Positions 23,411 through 33,773 of a stretch of DNA of 64,000 nt are shown piece by piece; position 1 is the first letter of the stretch; each line of letters begins with the position of its first letter. The stretch is from positions 3,008,001 through 3,072,000 of the forward strand of contig OY829846.1 of NCBI GenBank assembly GCA_963691875.1, read 5' to 3'. The notes under the pieces are model-generated. The model worked only from the letters and a program-made list of their open reading frames with translations, did not search any database and was not told where the DNA came from. Source of the stretch: Aureliella sp. (GTDB lineage: Bacteria > Planctomycetota > Planctomycetia > Pirellulales > Pirellulaceae). A program made the position numbers and the translations under genes.

Positions 23411-25249
23411 ATGTTCTTCAGACGTAAACCACTGGATCCCGCTGCGCATGCAAGCCAGCCAGTTGACCGCGAAACAAATCCCATTCGCTTTACGGAGCTA
23501 GCGGATCTGAAGTTGCCTAAAACGCAACTCTTCAGCACCGGATGGCAAGGCCAGCTCGAGCGCAACCTAGATATTGCATTCACGGACGAGACGTCACTCA
23601 ACTCGCTCGACGTCAACTGCATTCCCATTCGCTTTCAATCGAAGCTCCCGCGTACCGTTGGCATGGTTTTTCCAGAAGGCTTCGTCTTCGTAGACGAACC
23701 TGAGAAACCAACAATGCCTGCGAGCGGGGCATCGTCGAAAACGGAGGATCCTGCTGGCGAGTCAACCTCGAAGAGCAAGAAGAAACGGAAACCCCAGACT
23801 CGGATTAAACCGCCAGCTGATTTGGTGAAGCTCGAAGATCGCTTGTTCTTTGTGCTGCAACCACCGCTCGAGACGCTTGTAGCAGGAGCCAAGCTCGAGT
23901 TTCCATTCAGCCCTTTTCCTTACCAATACGAAGGTATCGCTTTTCTCTTTCCCAGAGAAATGGCGATCTTGGCTGATGAGATGGGACTTGGGAAAACCAT
24001 GCAAGCCATCAGTACAGTTCGAATGCTGTTGCTCGCACAACAACTTCGTAAAGTGCTACTTGTCTGCCCGAAGCCCTTGGTGACCAACTGGGTCTGCGAA
24101 TTCCAGCTTTGGGCCCCAGAGATTCCTATCACCGTAGTGGAAGGTGACGCGGCCAAACGAAAATTCATTTGGGGACAAAATGAAGCACCGGTACGGATTG
24201 CCAATTACGAAGTACTGATGCGAGACCAATGGATCTTGGATGATCCTGATTTGCACTTTGACTTGGTCGTCCTCGACGAAGCGCAGCGAATCAAGAATCG
24301 GAACTCGACTACCGCTCAAATCGTGCGTGCCTTGCCGAGAAGTCGCTCTTGGGCTTTGACGGGTACACCGATCGAGAACTCGGTGGAAGACTTGGTCAAT
24401 ATCTTCGAGTTCTTATCGCCTGGCTACCTGCGCACCGAGATGAACCTCAAAACTATTGGCAAAGCAACGCGAGACCACATCCTGCGACGCACCAAAGACA
24501 AAGTGTTGACCGAGATGCCGCCCAAGATGTTCCGAGATGAGCAATTAGAGCTGACGCCTGCTCAGTACGATAGCTATCGCTGTGCGGAAGACGAGGGAAT
24601 CGTACAGCTGGAAGACATGGGCGAGATGCTAACGATCCAACATGTCTTTGAGCTTGTCCTGCGATTAAAACAAATCTGCAACTTTGACCCGGCGACGGGT
24701 TCCAGCTGCAAACTTCAGCAGTTGGAAGCAGATATGGAAGAAATCGCTGCCAGTGGTAAAAAGGCGATTATCTTTAGCCAATGGGTGGAAACGCTTGATC
24801 AAATTGCTGCACCACTAGATCGCTTTGGCCCGATGCAGTACCACGGACGGATTCCATCCAAGCAACGTGATGGAGTGATTCAGCAGTTCAAGGAAGATCC
24901 CAGCAAGCACTTGATCTTGATGAGCTACGGCGCCGGCAGTGTGGGGCTGAATCTCCAGTTCTGCGAGTATGTTTTTCTGTTCGACCGCTGGTGGAACCCT
25001 GCCGTGGAAGACCAGGCCGTCAATCGAGCTCATCGCATCGGCGCCGCAGGTCCTGTTACCGTCACTCGTATGATGGCTGCGGACACGATCGAGCAACGTA
25101 TCCACGACGTGCTCGAAGAGAAACGTGCACTCTTCAATCAGCTCTTTGCCGAAACGGGTGGCACACCGAAAAGTGCCGGACTAAGCCAAGACGAAATCTT
25201 TGGCTTGTTCGATCTCAAAACGCCGCGAGCCAAGAAGAACGCCGCCTAG
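23411..25249 (+). CDS. SNF2-family DEAD/DEAH helicase
   Basis: LADEMGLGKT, LDEAQRIKN, LTGTPIEN, DRWWNPAVEDQAVNRAHRIG. Confidence 0.93.
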   Translation: MFFRRKPLDPAAHASQPVDRETNPIRFTELADLKLPKTQLFSTGWQGQLERNLDIAFTDETSLNSLDVNCIPIRFQSKLPRTVGMVFPEGFVFVDEPEKPTMPASGASSKTEDPAGESTSKSKKKRKPQTRIKPPADLVKLEDRLFFVLQPPLETLVAGAKLEFPFSPFPYQYEGIAFLFPREMAILADEMGLGKTMQAISTVRMLLLAQQLRKVLLVCPKPLVTNWVCEFQLWAPEIPITVVEGDAAKRKFIWGQNEAPVRIANYEVLMRDQWILDDPDLHFDLVVLDEAQRIKNRNSTTAQIVRALPRSRSWALTGTPIENSVEDLVNIFEFLSPGYLRTEMNLKTIGKATRDHILRRTKDKVLTEMPPKMFRDEQLELTPAQYDSYRCAEDEGIVQLEDMGEMLTIQHVFELVLRLKQICNFDPATGSSCKLQQLEADMEEIAASGKKAIIFSQWVETLDQIAAPLDRFGPMQYHGRIPSKQRDGVIQQFKEDPSKHLILMSYGAGSVGLNLQFCEYVFLFDRWWNPAVEDQAVNRAHRIGAAGPVTVTRMMAADTIEQRIHDVLEEKRALFNQLFAETGGTPKSAGLSQDEIFGLFDLKTPRAKKNAA

Positions 25250-25388
25250 TCAATTCCGCCCGAACGATTTCTACATCGGAGGTCGTCAAGATCTTTGACA
25301 CTTAAGAGAATGAACTCTCCACGAGATTCGCTCAGCGCAGCGTGAACCAACGGTTCCTTGCGTCTTAAACCAGCGCCGCACACTGAAC

Positions 25389-25770
25389 TCATTCCATTCT
25401 AAGTTCATTCATTTGCTTCTCACATAACCTCTCATCCTCGGATTCAAAGCAGCAGAACGTCACACTTTGCGGAATCTCATGCGACTCGAGCCAGTTTAGA
25501 ACTGTCGCGACCGCGATTTCACACGCAGGTGCCGATGGGAAGCCGTAAACTCCTGTTGAAATACACGGAAAGGCTATGCTCTGAATCTTGTGCTTCAGTG
25601 CCAGCTGTAGAGCGGATTCGTAGGCGCTGGCCAGCTCACGACCGCTTCTGGCTAGATCATTAAAGACTGGTCCCACCGCGTGAATTATTTGCGGCGGTCA
25701 CAATCGCCTCGCAATCGAGCGAACTAATGTTACCGCGAAAAAGCCGGATACGAGAAGCAAGGGAATTCAT
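25389..25770 (-). pseudogene. Macro-domain (O-acetyl-ADP-ribose deacetylase, YmdB-like) pseudogene with internal deletion and frameshift
   Basis: RGNISSLDCEAIVTAANNS is joined out of frame to IHAVGPV...SIAFPCISTGVYGFP; the GGGV loop region is missing. Confidence 0.8.
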
Positions 25771-25795
25771 GCTTTCTAGTTCCAAACGCTGCAAG

Positions 25796-26716
25796 TTAGC
25801 GGAGTTTCCGGCGAAAGCTTTTTGCACTTTCTTGCAGAGCAGCCGGAAGCTTGGATCGCAAGTACTGGCCAGAACCAAACCATTCATCGGGTTCGTGAAT
25901 AACGAGCACACTTTCGATCAGCCATTGGTCGGGCTCGAGGCCAGTGGGAGTGACGCTCATCTTCCCCCCCATTCCTTGATAAGGCTGTGTTTCGCCCTCG
26001 ACAATTCGACCGAGCTTGTTGGTCGTGAGCTTACTCCAGCGATTGTGATACTCGCCGGAGTCTTGGTTGAATCGGCTATCGACTCCCCATGTCAGCTGGA
26101 AGACGTCGTCGGCTCGAGAATTCTCAGCGACAAGCACAGCTCGAATCAGAACTTTCTTCAGTAGTGGAAGTTCGATCCAAAGATATTGCTTGCTCTTATC
26201 GTCCGTATCGAACTTGCCTTCGTCGAGCAGCTTGAGCGCGAGCTGATCGAGCTTGCGTTTGGGGTCGTCAGGAGCCTTTGGCTTTCCGAAGCTCGACTCC
26301 ATCAGGTCGCGGTTTTCAAGCTTCTCGCGGCTGCAATAAATGACGTACGAAGAAAGAATGCGGTAGCCAGTTCGCTGCCCGTTGGCATCTATTAACTCTT
26401 CCACTTCTATGCGGACGGACGCGTTGATGCTCTTCGCAGAGAACCGCTTCCAGCCAACCTTGCCGGCGATGTTTTCTAGTATCGCTTCTTTCTCGGCCAG
26501 AGATGCTTGCACATTCAGCTTGGGCTCTGGCAGCACCACGAATTGAGCACCTGGAAACTCGATCATTTGCGGCCGAATGACGAGTGGCTCGTAGTCTTGC
26601 GCTTGCAGCCGAGTTTGCGCCACGATGAAACAAAGACCAATGCTAGCAATGCTGAAAAACTTGGCGACTCGCCGGATTACAGGTCGGTTAGACACAGAGC
26701 CAGATTGGCCGGGCAT
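25796..26716 (-). CDS. Hypothetical secreted/membrane protein
   Basis: Long ORF with signal/TM segment; start refined to MPGQSG. Confidence 0.7.
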   Translation of the reverse strand: MPGQSGSVSNRPVIRRVAKFFSIASIGLCFIVAQTRLQAQDYEPLVIRPQMIEFPGAQFVVLPEPKLNVQASLAEKEAILENIAGKVGWKRFSAKSINASVRIEVEELIDANGQRTGYRILSSYVIYCSREKLENRDLMESSFGKPKAPDDPKRKLDQLALKLLDEGKFDTDDKSKQYLWIELPLLKKVLIRAVLVAENSRADDVFQLTWGVDSRFNQDSGEYHNRWSKLTTNKLGRIVEGETQPYQGMGGKMSVTPTGLEPDQWLIESVLVIHEPDEWFGSGQYLRSKLPAALQESAKSFRRKLR

Positions 26717-26813
26717 CAGTGAATCTTTCGAAAAGAATGAAACTTGTCTCGTTGAGGGTGTGAAGAATGCCGATAAAGACGAGGAAGCGTTTATCCTTAG
26801 TCGAGGCATTCCG

Positions 26814-27257
26814 ATGCTAGTTCAGACATCACGGTTCGGGCAGGTACAATCCAGCCAAGAGGAAGTCATCATCTTTCCTAAGGGATTGATTGGTTTCGAA
26901 TCGGTCCGCCATTGGATCATTGTACCGGATCCAATGAGCGATGACGTTGCGTGGATTCAGTCCATTGCTGAAGAGCAGGTTGCATTACCGATCATCAGTC
27001 CACGCAAGTTTGCCCCTGACTACAAGGTTTGCATTTCCAATCGCCAGCTCAGCGACTTGCACATTAGGCGTACGGATCAGATCTACGTGTTCAGTGTCGT
27101 AAGCAAATCCGGCAAGTCGCTAACGATGAACTTGCGTAGCCCGGTCGTGATCAATTTAACCAAGCGACTCGCTTGCCAAGTGATATCATCTGAGAATCTA
27201 CCGATCGCCGTGCCTCTGGATCTAAATACCTTGCAGACACTGAAGGTCGCAGCCTAG
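26814..27257 (+). CDS. fliW: Flagellar assembly factor FliW
   Basis: MLVQTSRFG..IIFPKGLIGFE..WIQS..MNLRSPVVIN; GAGG RBS. Confidence 0.9.
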   Translation: MLVQTSRFGQVQSSQEEVIIFPKGLIGFESVRHWIIVPDPMSDDVAWIQSIAEEQVALPIISPRKFAPDYKVCISNRQLSDLHIRRTDQIYVFSVVSKSGKSLTMNLRSPVVINLTKRLACQVISSENLPIAVPLDLNTLQTLKVAA

Positions 27258-27865
27258 ACCATCGCAAGGGCTTCAAGAGCGTGCGGACGTCGTCAGAAAC
27301 CTTAGCAATATCCGATGAGTTCACGTGCCCTCGGGCAGAGCTCCCTAGCAAGTGCTGCCTCAGCTCAATAGTGCGACGGCGACCTGCGGCCTCCTATTAC
27401 AAATCGCTCTCTACCGCCTTGCTTCACGCGTAAAGAAAAGTGCTCGATCGTGTTGAGTCTCGGCAGCAACTTTTAATCCCCTGGCTCTCGGCCGAACAAC
27501 ATTCGCTCAGGTCTGACCGCGTGTCCACCGTGATGCATTCAATTCGGCGCGATCGAAGAAGTGCTTAGTAGTGCTTCAAGCCCCCTTAACTTCTCGCAGT
27601 GCGCAAGGACGCCCCAACACTTACGATTCTACCCAAAGGGGTATTTTCGCCGTGTTTTCGGGGGTAATTGCGTTTATAATGCGGGGCAATCTGGCATCCT
27701 TAAATAGCGGTGCTCTCATCTTATCTCCCCTTGCTCGTTCACAATCCCACGTAATCGGGACCATTGACGAATACGCGGGTAACCAACCTTACGGCGTCTT
27801 TTCGACCGAGCGGCTTTCCACAGGCAGTCCCTCCGAGGTCTAGCGCCCTTCCCTAGGAGTTCATA

Positions 27866-29380
27866 ATGGCAGGTCAACGTCCTCCGCGATGGCGTGGGGA
27901 TCGTTCCGGAAATCGTTCTGCAGGTTCTTCAGGCGGAGCAAACCGCGGTGGAGGACATCGTGGCGGCGGTCGTAGGCGCCCGCACCAAGATCCCGAAGTG
28001 GAACAACGTATCCGCGAGCTGGACTCCGATCGTGAACCCATGTCCTTGGCCGAGGAAATTTCCAGCGAAGGTGCCAAGGTAGGTCGTGATGTAGAGAGCG
28101 CCTCGCGCGTAAATGAGCAAGTTTCGACCTTCGCCGAATTGCAGGGAATGTCTGAAGATGAGTTGGCGGCCGCCGCTGACCAAGAGCAGGTCGAAGCATC
28201 CGGGCTCGATAAGCGTGATCTCATATTTCAGATTTTAAAGGCTCGGCTCAAGACTAACGGACTGATGTTTGGCGAAGGAACTTTAGAGATCCTGCCGGAC
28301 GGTTTTGGCTTCTTGCGAAGCGCCAGACACCACTACGTGTCCTGCCCAGATGACATCTATGTTTCCCCCAGTCAAATACGCCGCTTTGGACTCCAAACCG
28401 GATCGCATGTTGCAGGTCAAATACGTCCACCCAAGGAAAACGAACGCTACTTCGCCTTGCTTCGCGTCGAAGCCATCAACTTCCACGATCCCGATTCACG
28501 GCATCGACGAACTGGATTCGACGATCTGACAGCTCTTCATCCAGACGAACGTATCGTGATGGAGACAGAATCCGAGACTGTCGAGACACGCGTCGTAGAT
28601 ATGATCACTCCCATCGGCTTCGGCCAACGTGGCCTGATCGTCAGTCCTCCTCGCGCGGGCAAGACGATTCTGATGCAGAAGATGGCTCGTTCCGTCCTCG
28701 CCAACTACCCCAACGCATACGTGGTGATACTGCTTATCGACGAGCGGCCTGAAGAAGTCACGGATATGGAGCGCGAGGTACGCGGGCCGAACTGCGAAGT
28801 CGTCAGCAGTACTTTTGATGAACCTGCGTCCCGTCACATTCAAGTCGCCAACATGGTGCTCGAAAAGGCCAAACGCATGGTCGAGTACGGTGTGGATGTC
28901 ATCATCTTCCTCGACAGCATCACTCGCTTTGCAAGAGCTTGGAATAGTGAGTGCCCACAGAGTGGCAAGCTGCTTACAGGTGGCTTGGATGCGAACGCCC
29001 TGCAAAAACCCAAGTCTTTCTTTGGCTCCGCTCGCAAAATCGAAGAAGGCGGCTCGCTGACGATTCTCGCGACGGCCCTGGTTGACACCGGCAGTCGGAT
29101 GGATGAGGTGATCTTTGAAGAATTCAAAGGCACCGGTAACTTGGAAATCATGCTCGATCGCAGTCTTGTCGATCGACGCGTATGGCCCGCGATTGACATC
29201 AACGCCAGCGGGACGCGTCGCGAAGAGATCTTGATGGACGAAGATGAGCACAAGCGTGTATCGGCACTGCGTCGCGTGCTGGGGGAAATGAATCCACCCG
29301 ACGCGATGGAGAAGCTCACCATGCAACTGAAGAAAACGAAGACAAACGCAGAATTTCTCATGGGACTCAAGGTGGAATAG
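27866..29380 (+). CDS. rho: Transcription termination factor Rho
   Basis: [32 protein letters not shown]. Confidence 0.97.
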   Translation: MAGQRPPRWRGDRSGNRSAGSSGGANRGGGHRGGGRRRPHQDPEVEQRIRELDSDREPMSLAEEISSEGAKVGRDVESASRVNEQVSTFAELQGMSEDELAAAADQEQVEASGLDKRDLIFQILKARLKTNGLMFGEGTLEILPDGFGFLRSARHHYVSCPDDIYVSPSQIRRFGLQTGSHVAGQIRPPKENERYFALLRVEAINFHDPDSRHRRTGFDDLTALHPDERIVMETESETVETRVVDMITPIGFGQRGLIVSPPRAGKTILMQKMARSVLANYPNAYVVILLIDERPEEVTDMEREVRGPNCEVVSSTFDEPASRHIQVANMVLEKAKRMVEYGVDVIIFLDSITRFARAWNSECPQSGKLLTGGLDANALQKPKSFFGSARKIEEGGSLTILATALVDTGSRMDEVIFEEFKGTGNLEIMLDRSLVDRRVWPAIDINASGTRREEILMDEDEHKRVSALRRVLGEMNPPDAMEKLTMQLKKTKTNAEFLMGLKVE

Positions 29381-29796
29381 TGCCCGAACAGATTGGCATC
29401 GTTGTTTCAACTTACAACTCCAATATCACCAACCGTTTGCTGGAGGGCGCTAAGGAAACTCTGGCGAAGGCAGATTGGAGTTTTGAAGTCACCCAAGTCC
29501 CTGGGGCTTGGGAATTACCACTCGCTGCAACTTGGTTTGCAGAGAAATCTGAGGTAGCCGGAGTCGTGACTCTTGGCGCCGTGATTCGCGGTGAGACCAC
29601 GCACGACCAGCACATCAACCGAGCGGTCAGCAACGCTTTGATGGACCTGATGGTTCGTACCGGCAAGCCAATCGGATTTGGCCTACTGACCTGCAACACC
29701 TTGGAGCAGGCCATTCACCGAGCGGGCGGCAACGTCGGAAACAAAGGCGTCGAAACCGCCGAAGCCGTCCTGGCTATGCTTGCTGCTAAGCATTGA
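29380..29796 (+). CDS. ribH: 6,7-dimethyl-8-ribityllumazine synthase
   Basis: [26 protein letters not shown]. Confidence 0.95.
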   Translation: MPEQIGIVVSTYNSNITNRLLEGAKETLAKADWSFEVTQVPGAWELPLAATWFAEKSEVAGVVTLGAVIRGETTHDQHINRAVSNALMDLMVRTGKPIGFGLLTCNTLEQAIHRAGGNVGNKGVETAEAVLAMLAAKH

Positions 29797-29897
29797 GTGT
29801 TGATTGCGGAACCAGCCGTGACGGTTCATCGCTGATCGCTCCACCGATCTTAGGGTAAGCCACCTGAACCAATTTGCGGCTGCCGAGCTTGATATCA

Positions 29898-31454
29898 TCA
29901 GTCTGCAGCTACCGAACCATCTGCTGCGCCGCTCGCCGCCAAGCCGCGCCAAAAACGAGCCCCCACTTGAAACAACCAGCCACGCGCTGAATCCGGCTTC
30001 TCCTCACTGGAACAAGAATTCATTTCAGTGACAGATGCTTCAGCAACTACCGGCCCGTCTTCGACCATTCTGTCCCGGCGCTCATCGCTCCTCAAATGAT
30101 TGCTTTCCAAGCGATCCAACGGGCTGCAAACCTCCGCTTTGTCGTCTAAAAGCACGTGAGTATAAATCATCGTAGTGGATACATCTTTGTGCCCCAACAG
30201 CTGCTGGATCGTGCGAATATCAGTGCCTGACGCTAGCAGATGGGTTGCAAACGAGTGGCGTAAAGTATGGCTGGTCGCATACTTTCGGACTTCCGCCAAA
30301 CGAAGCGCCATCCGGAATTTCTCAGAAAACGTTTCCCCATGAATGTGATGTCGATGCCATTTTCCAGAACGCGGATCTTGGCTCATCCGAGAAGAACAAA
30401 ATAAGAATTGCCATTTGAACTCTACAGCGGCATTGCTGTACTTCTCGGCTAATGCTTCAGGCAACCAGACACTCGCAACCCCTTTCTCGACATCCATATC
30501 GTGTAACACCCGGCGGCTTGCGATTTCGCGTTGTAGCAACTTGACGAGGCGCCGTGGCATAGCAACATATCGACTCTTGTTTCCCTTGCTGCTGAAGATA
30601 CGGATGCGTAGCGCATCAAAATCAAAATCCATGACTCTCAGACGCAGGCATTCGCCAAGTCGCAATCCACAACCATACAGCAACATCGCCATCGAAAGAT
30701 AGCGACCAGTCATCTGGGAAAAGACACGTTCGATCTCTTGCTCACTCATGACTGTCGGCACCAACTTGGGCTTGTCGGCACGTAGGGCATCGATGTTTCC
30801 AAGCGGTCGTTCTAGAACGCAATCGAACAGCATCTTTAAACCAAAAAAGGCCTGATCCTGAGTCGAAGCCGCAACGTTGCCGTCGACCGCTAGGTCGGTC
30901 AAGAAGGCTTCGACACTTGCGCCCGTCACACTGTCAAAGTCCACTTGGCACTTTAGTCCGCGGGCTCGCATGAAACGCTTGACCCACTTTACATAAGCTT
31001 TCTCTGTGTTGTACTTCTTCCCCATCAACCGCATCTTGCGACGCATCAGTTGGATAATGTCCGGCTCTCGCTTGGGAATGGGCGGACGGGCTTCTTCGAT
31101 GGATCGCCGAAAAACTTGGCCTGGTTCGGTGTTCTCAATACCTTTCGCCTCTTTGTGCTTCAGCTCTTGCAACTTGCTTCGAAGTGGCTCAAGAAAAGGC
31201 TTCATGCTTCGAAAGTGTTGATTTCGATACAGGATCAACGCTTCCACAATCTTCAAGCGTTTCCAGGCTGGCATACCGCCGTCACGCTTGGACTGCAGGA
31301 ACCGGATCACTTCATGAGCGGTGAACTTCCAGTCTTTTTCGTCCCGTTTTCCGTGGAACTTCGCTAATTTACGAAACCAAATATCCGCCCAATCTTGTCG
31401 GGTCGGCTTCTGAATCTCACTCTCGACACTCAGGTTCTGCGAAGTGTGATGCAT
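29898..31454 (-). CDS. intI: Integron integrase, long form
   Basis: Tyrosine recombinase residues ([32 protein letters not shown]) plus the IntI-specific insertion [24 protein letters not shown]; divergent from an attC array. Confidence 0.95.
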   Translation of the reverse strand: MHHTSQNLSVESEIQKPTRQDWADIWFRKLAKFHGKRDEKDWKFTAHEVIRFLQSKRDGGMPAWKRLKIVEALILYRNQHFRSMKPFLEPLRSKLQELKHKEAKGIENTEPGQVFRRSIEEARPPIPKREPDIIQLMRRKMRLMGKKYNTEKAYVKWVKRFMRARGLKCQVDFDSVTGASVEAFLTDLAVDGNVAASTQDQAFFGLKMLFDCVLERPLGNIDALRADKPKLVPTVMSEQEIERVFSQMTGRYLSMAMLLYGCGLRLGECLRLRVMDFDFDALRIRIFSSKGNKSRYVAMPRRLVKLLQREIASRRVLHDMDVEKGVASVWLPEALAEKYSNAAVEFKWQFLFCSSRMSQDPRSGKWHRHHIHGETFSEKFRMALRLAEVRKYATSHTLRHSFATHLLASGTDIRTIQQLLGHKDVSTTMIYTHVLLDDKAEVCSPLDRLESNHLRSDERRDRMVEDGPVVAEASVTEMNSCSSEEKPDSARGWLFQVGARFWRGLAASGAADGSVAAD

Positions 31455-31790
31455 GCTGAACGCTCCGAATCAAAAGATGGAAAAGCGCGGACTTTTTGTT
31501 ACTGTGAAGTCTCTTAGTCTTGAGCAACTGCGTCAACCAGACACCCCTCTACAGGGTTCTTCAGCCCTCCCCCGGTGCTGGCCAACTTTGCATTCCAGCT
31601 GTTTGCGCGTTAGCCGCCGTTGTTAGCGAGAGCAGCTCCACGCAATCGATGCGGTGTAGTTCAGTTCATTCGAAAATTTGATTAGGCCGTAGGGCTAATC
31701 AAAGAGTTTTGCCTGCGAGCTTACGCCGCTAGCCGCGGGCCTGCATTTTTTTGGTTCAGCCCGGCGCTAATCTCCGTTCAACTTGCTACA

Positions 31791-31876
31791 CCGGGATAAG
31801 TCGGGTAACCTCACGGTAATAAGTAACAAAATAAGTCATATCCTCAGGCACCACCGGGGATAATAAAGAGTTACCC
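31791..31876 (+). other. attI site (core GGATAAT-AAAGA-GTTACCC, crossover after G31870) with upstream repeated half-sites
   Basis: Identity with the duplicate cassette starts at this GTT; no attC palindrome upstream; repeated GGATAAG/GGGTAAC/CGGTAAT/AAGTAAC motifs. Confidence 0.8.
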
Positions 31877-31885
31877 GACTGAATC

Positions 31886-32575
31886 ATGGGACTTGACGCT
31901 GTTGAAATCGTAATGGATGTCGAAGACCACTTTGGCATTTCAATCCAGAATGCGGAGGCGGAGCGCGTTCGCACCGTCGGCGATCTTGTCGCGTTGATTG
32001 GGTCCCGAATTGAGTCCGCCCATCTTGCAACTTGCCCGACACTTGCATCGTTCTTGCTATTACGTTCCTCCGTTCGCGAAATTGCAGACAATGACACACT
32101 ACGCATTCGTACGGGAACCCGCGTTGTTGACGTGCTAGACCGATCACAACGCCAAAGGCTATGGGCGCGTTTGGACGAAATGCTCGGCTCTGCTCCACTC
32201 AGTCTGCGCCGACCTCCAGCGCTGCGCAAACTGCTATCAGTTCTCGCGTTGAGCACGATGGCATTTGCGTTTGTTGCTGCTGCAGTCATCGATTTGGATA
32301 CTCTACCTCTGACATTTACGTTAGCCGCCATCGTCACACTGGTACTCCACATCGTTACTGTTCCGCTTCGCAACTGTCCGCCTGATACGCTCGCCACGTT
32401 TGGTTCAATCGCTCGGCGTATTGCTGGCGTAAACGTCGCAACGAAACAATTGCATCTGGACTCTGCCGATGCGATACTTGGGGAACTACGACCGATCGTG
32501 GTCGACACGCTTGGTGTGGACGGTTCGGAGGTCGTCCTTACCGCAAAGTTTATCGAAGATCTTGGCATGGGATGA
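31886..32575 (+). CDS. Cassette 1: circularly permuted ACP-like membrane protein
   Basis: N-terminus resembles the ACP C-half (LDAVEIVMDVEDHFGISI..AERVRTVGDLV); C-terminus resembles the ACP N-half (IVVDTLGV..V...AKFIEDLG); two TM helices between. Confidence 0.8.
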   Translation: MGLDAVEIVMDVEDHFGISIQNAEAERVRTVGDLVALIGSRIESAHLATCPTLASFLLLRSSVREIADNDTLRIRTGTRVVDVLDRSQRQRLWARLDEMLGSAPLSLRRPPALRKLLSVLALSTMAFAFVAAAVIDLDTLPLTFTLAAIVTLVLHIVTVPLRNCPPDTLATFGSIARRIAGVNVATKQLHLDSADAILGELRPIVVDTLGVDGSEVVLTAKFIEDLGMG

Positions 32576-32579
32576 TGGC

Positions 32580-32669
32580 GGGTAACCATCGGATGCAACG
32601 GAGGACCGGTGGTCAGTTTTCACGAATGGATGCTCAACTCCCGGTCCCCGCTGATCCGGGACGTTATGC
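32580..32669 (+). repeat. attC of cassette 1
   Basis: GGGTAAC...GTTATGC with imperfect palindrome GGACCGG/CCGGTCC. Confidence 0.9.
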
Positions 32670-32707
32670 GTAGAATACACAATCGCTAGGTTTGCCGGAA
32701 CTGTTAT

Positions 32708-33184
32708 ATGAATCTTGAAAAGGCGTGCTATCGTGGTGAATTGGGTTTGACAAAGGCTGCAATCGACGCTGGTGCGGAAGTCACATTTGAAGCGTTCCAA
32801 AATGCGGTCAACAATGGCAACAAATCCGAAGCCGCGAAGAAACTCCCTATTGTCAAGCTACTGATTGACGCTGGCGCAGACCCGAATCTTGAGAGACCTG
32901 ACGGGCACGCTTCGATTCTGGAAGTCGCCTCAGAGAGCTTTTCATCGGATATCCTCCAGCTCGTTCTTGACGCGGGTGCCGACGTATCGAAAGGCTGTCC
33001 GCTTCATTCCGCAGTATCCGGCGACCGTCCCGAAAACATCCGTATTTTGCTGGCAGCCGGAGCAGATGCGAGTGTTGGCCTGACGTCTGATTATCCGGAC
33101 GAACTGGACGAAATGCTCGGGATGTCGCCGATTGAATACGCAAAACACTTAGGCCATAAGAAATGTGTGAATGAACTCAAATAG
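32708..33184 (+). CDS. Cassette 2: ankyrin-repeat protein
   Basis: IVKLLIDAGADPN, PLHSAV..IRILLAAGAD repeats. Confidence 0.88.
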   Translation: MNLEKACYRGELGLTKAAIDAGAEVTFEAFQNAVNNGNKSEAAKKLPIVKLLIDAGADPNLERPDGHASILEVASESFSSDILQLVLDAGADVSKGCPLHSAVSGDRPENIRILLAAGADASVGLTSDYPDELDEMLGMSPIEYAKHLGHKKCVNELK

Positions 33185-33232
33185 ATGCCCTGTGTCAACC
33201 AAATCAATTGTTTGCGTACTGCCCTAAGCAAC

Positions 33233-33323
33233 GCATAACAAAGCGATGCAACCCAGCCCTCGTTGATGGTGTTATATGCGGTCTGTCTCGTCTTCTCGGG
33301 CGGGCTGATCGCGAACGTTATAC
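33233..33323 (+). repeat. attC of cassette 2
   Basis: GCATAAC...CAGCCC/GGGCTG...GTTATAC. Confidence 0.88.
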
Positions 33324-33377
33324 CGCGTAGAAATCAGGATTCGTTTTAATGCCGTTTTTACAATCTCCAGTTGCTCT

Positions 33378-33767
33378 ATGATCTTGGCCGCGACCTTCAA
33401 TGGACACCTCAACGGCACGCAGCTTTACTGGTCGATGGATGTCGCCGGAAATGACGCCAATGTTGATGCACATTGGATTCCAATCGATCGAGACCGACAC
33501 TCTGCAAAAGTCTCTTTCCAACTAGACTGGGACGAATTCCGCGAACTATTCGCATCGTTTTCATGTCTAGAATCCAGCTACAACTCGTCCTTTGATGGTG
33601 CGGCAATCCGACATCTATCGGTAGATCATGACGGCGTACTTTCGAAATGTACAGTCTATGGCGATGCACCCTCAAAAACGCATCCGGAATTGAGACACTT
33701 TTATGCAATTTGGCGAATTGTCGAACGAACCGTTCACCATGAGATTGGCTGGAAGCACAGCAAATAG
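33378..33767 (+). CDS. Cassette 3: hypothetical protein
   Basis: Single + ORF filling the interval between attC sites. Confidence 0.6.
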   Translation: MILAATFNGHLNGTQLYWSMDVAGNDANVDAHWIPIDRDRHSAKVSFQLDWDEFRELFASFSCLESSYNSSFDGAAIRHLSVDHDGVLSKCTVYGDAPSKTHPELRHFYAIWRIVERTVHHEIGWKHSK

Positions 33768-33773
33768 ATTGCG

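Noticed and set aside
22871..25770. SNF2 helicase plus macro domain as a defence system
   Set aside because: The macro gene is convergent and disrupted; no nuclease, methylase or other defence partner is present
26625..26813. N-terminal extension of FliW overlapping the divergent gene
   Set aside because: FliW similarity and an RBS begin at ATG 26814
31455..31790. LexA box or CIRCE element controlling intI
   Set aside because: No CTGT-N8-ACAG match seen; the 9-9-9 palindrome has CIRCE spacing but not its sequence
31885..32572. CATGGGA at both ends of the permuted ACP gene, suggesting the excised circle restores a normal ACP
   Set aside because: In the circle 103 nt separate the stop from the start, which is out of frame; joining at the 7-mer gives DLGMGLD, still without Ser; the match may only reflect shared Met-Gly codons
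31786..32598. 270-aa minus-strand ORF (and its 256-aa twin at 35454-36224)
   Set aside because: Ser/Arg/Thr-rich antisense shadow that crosses the recombination sites
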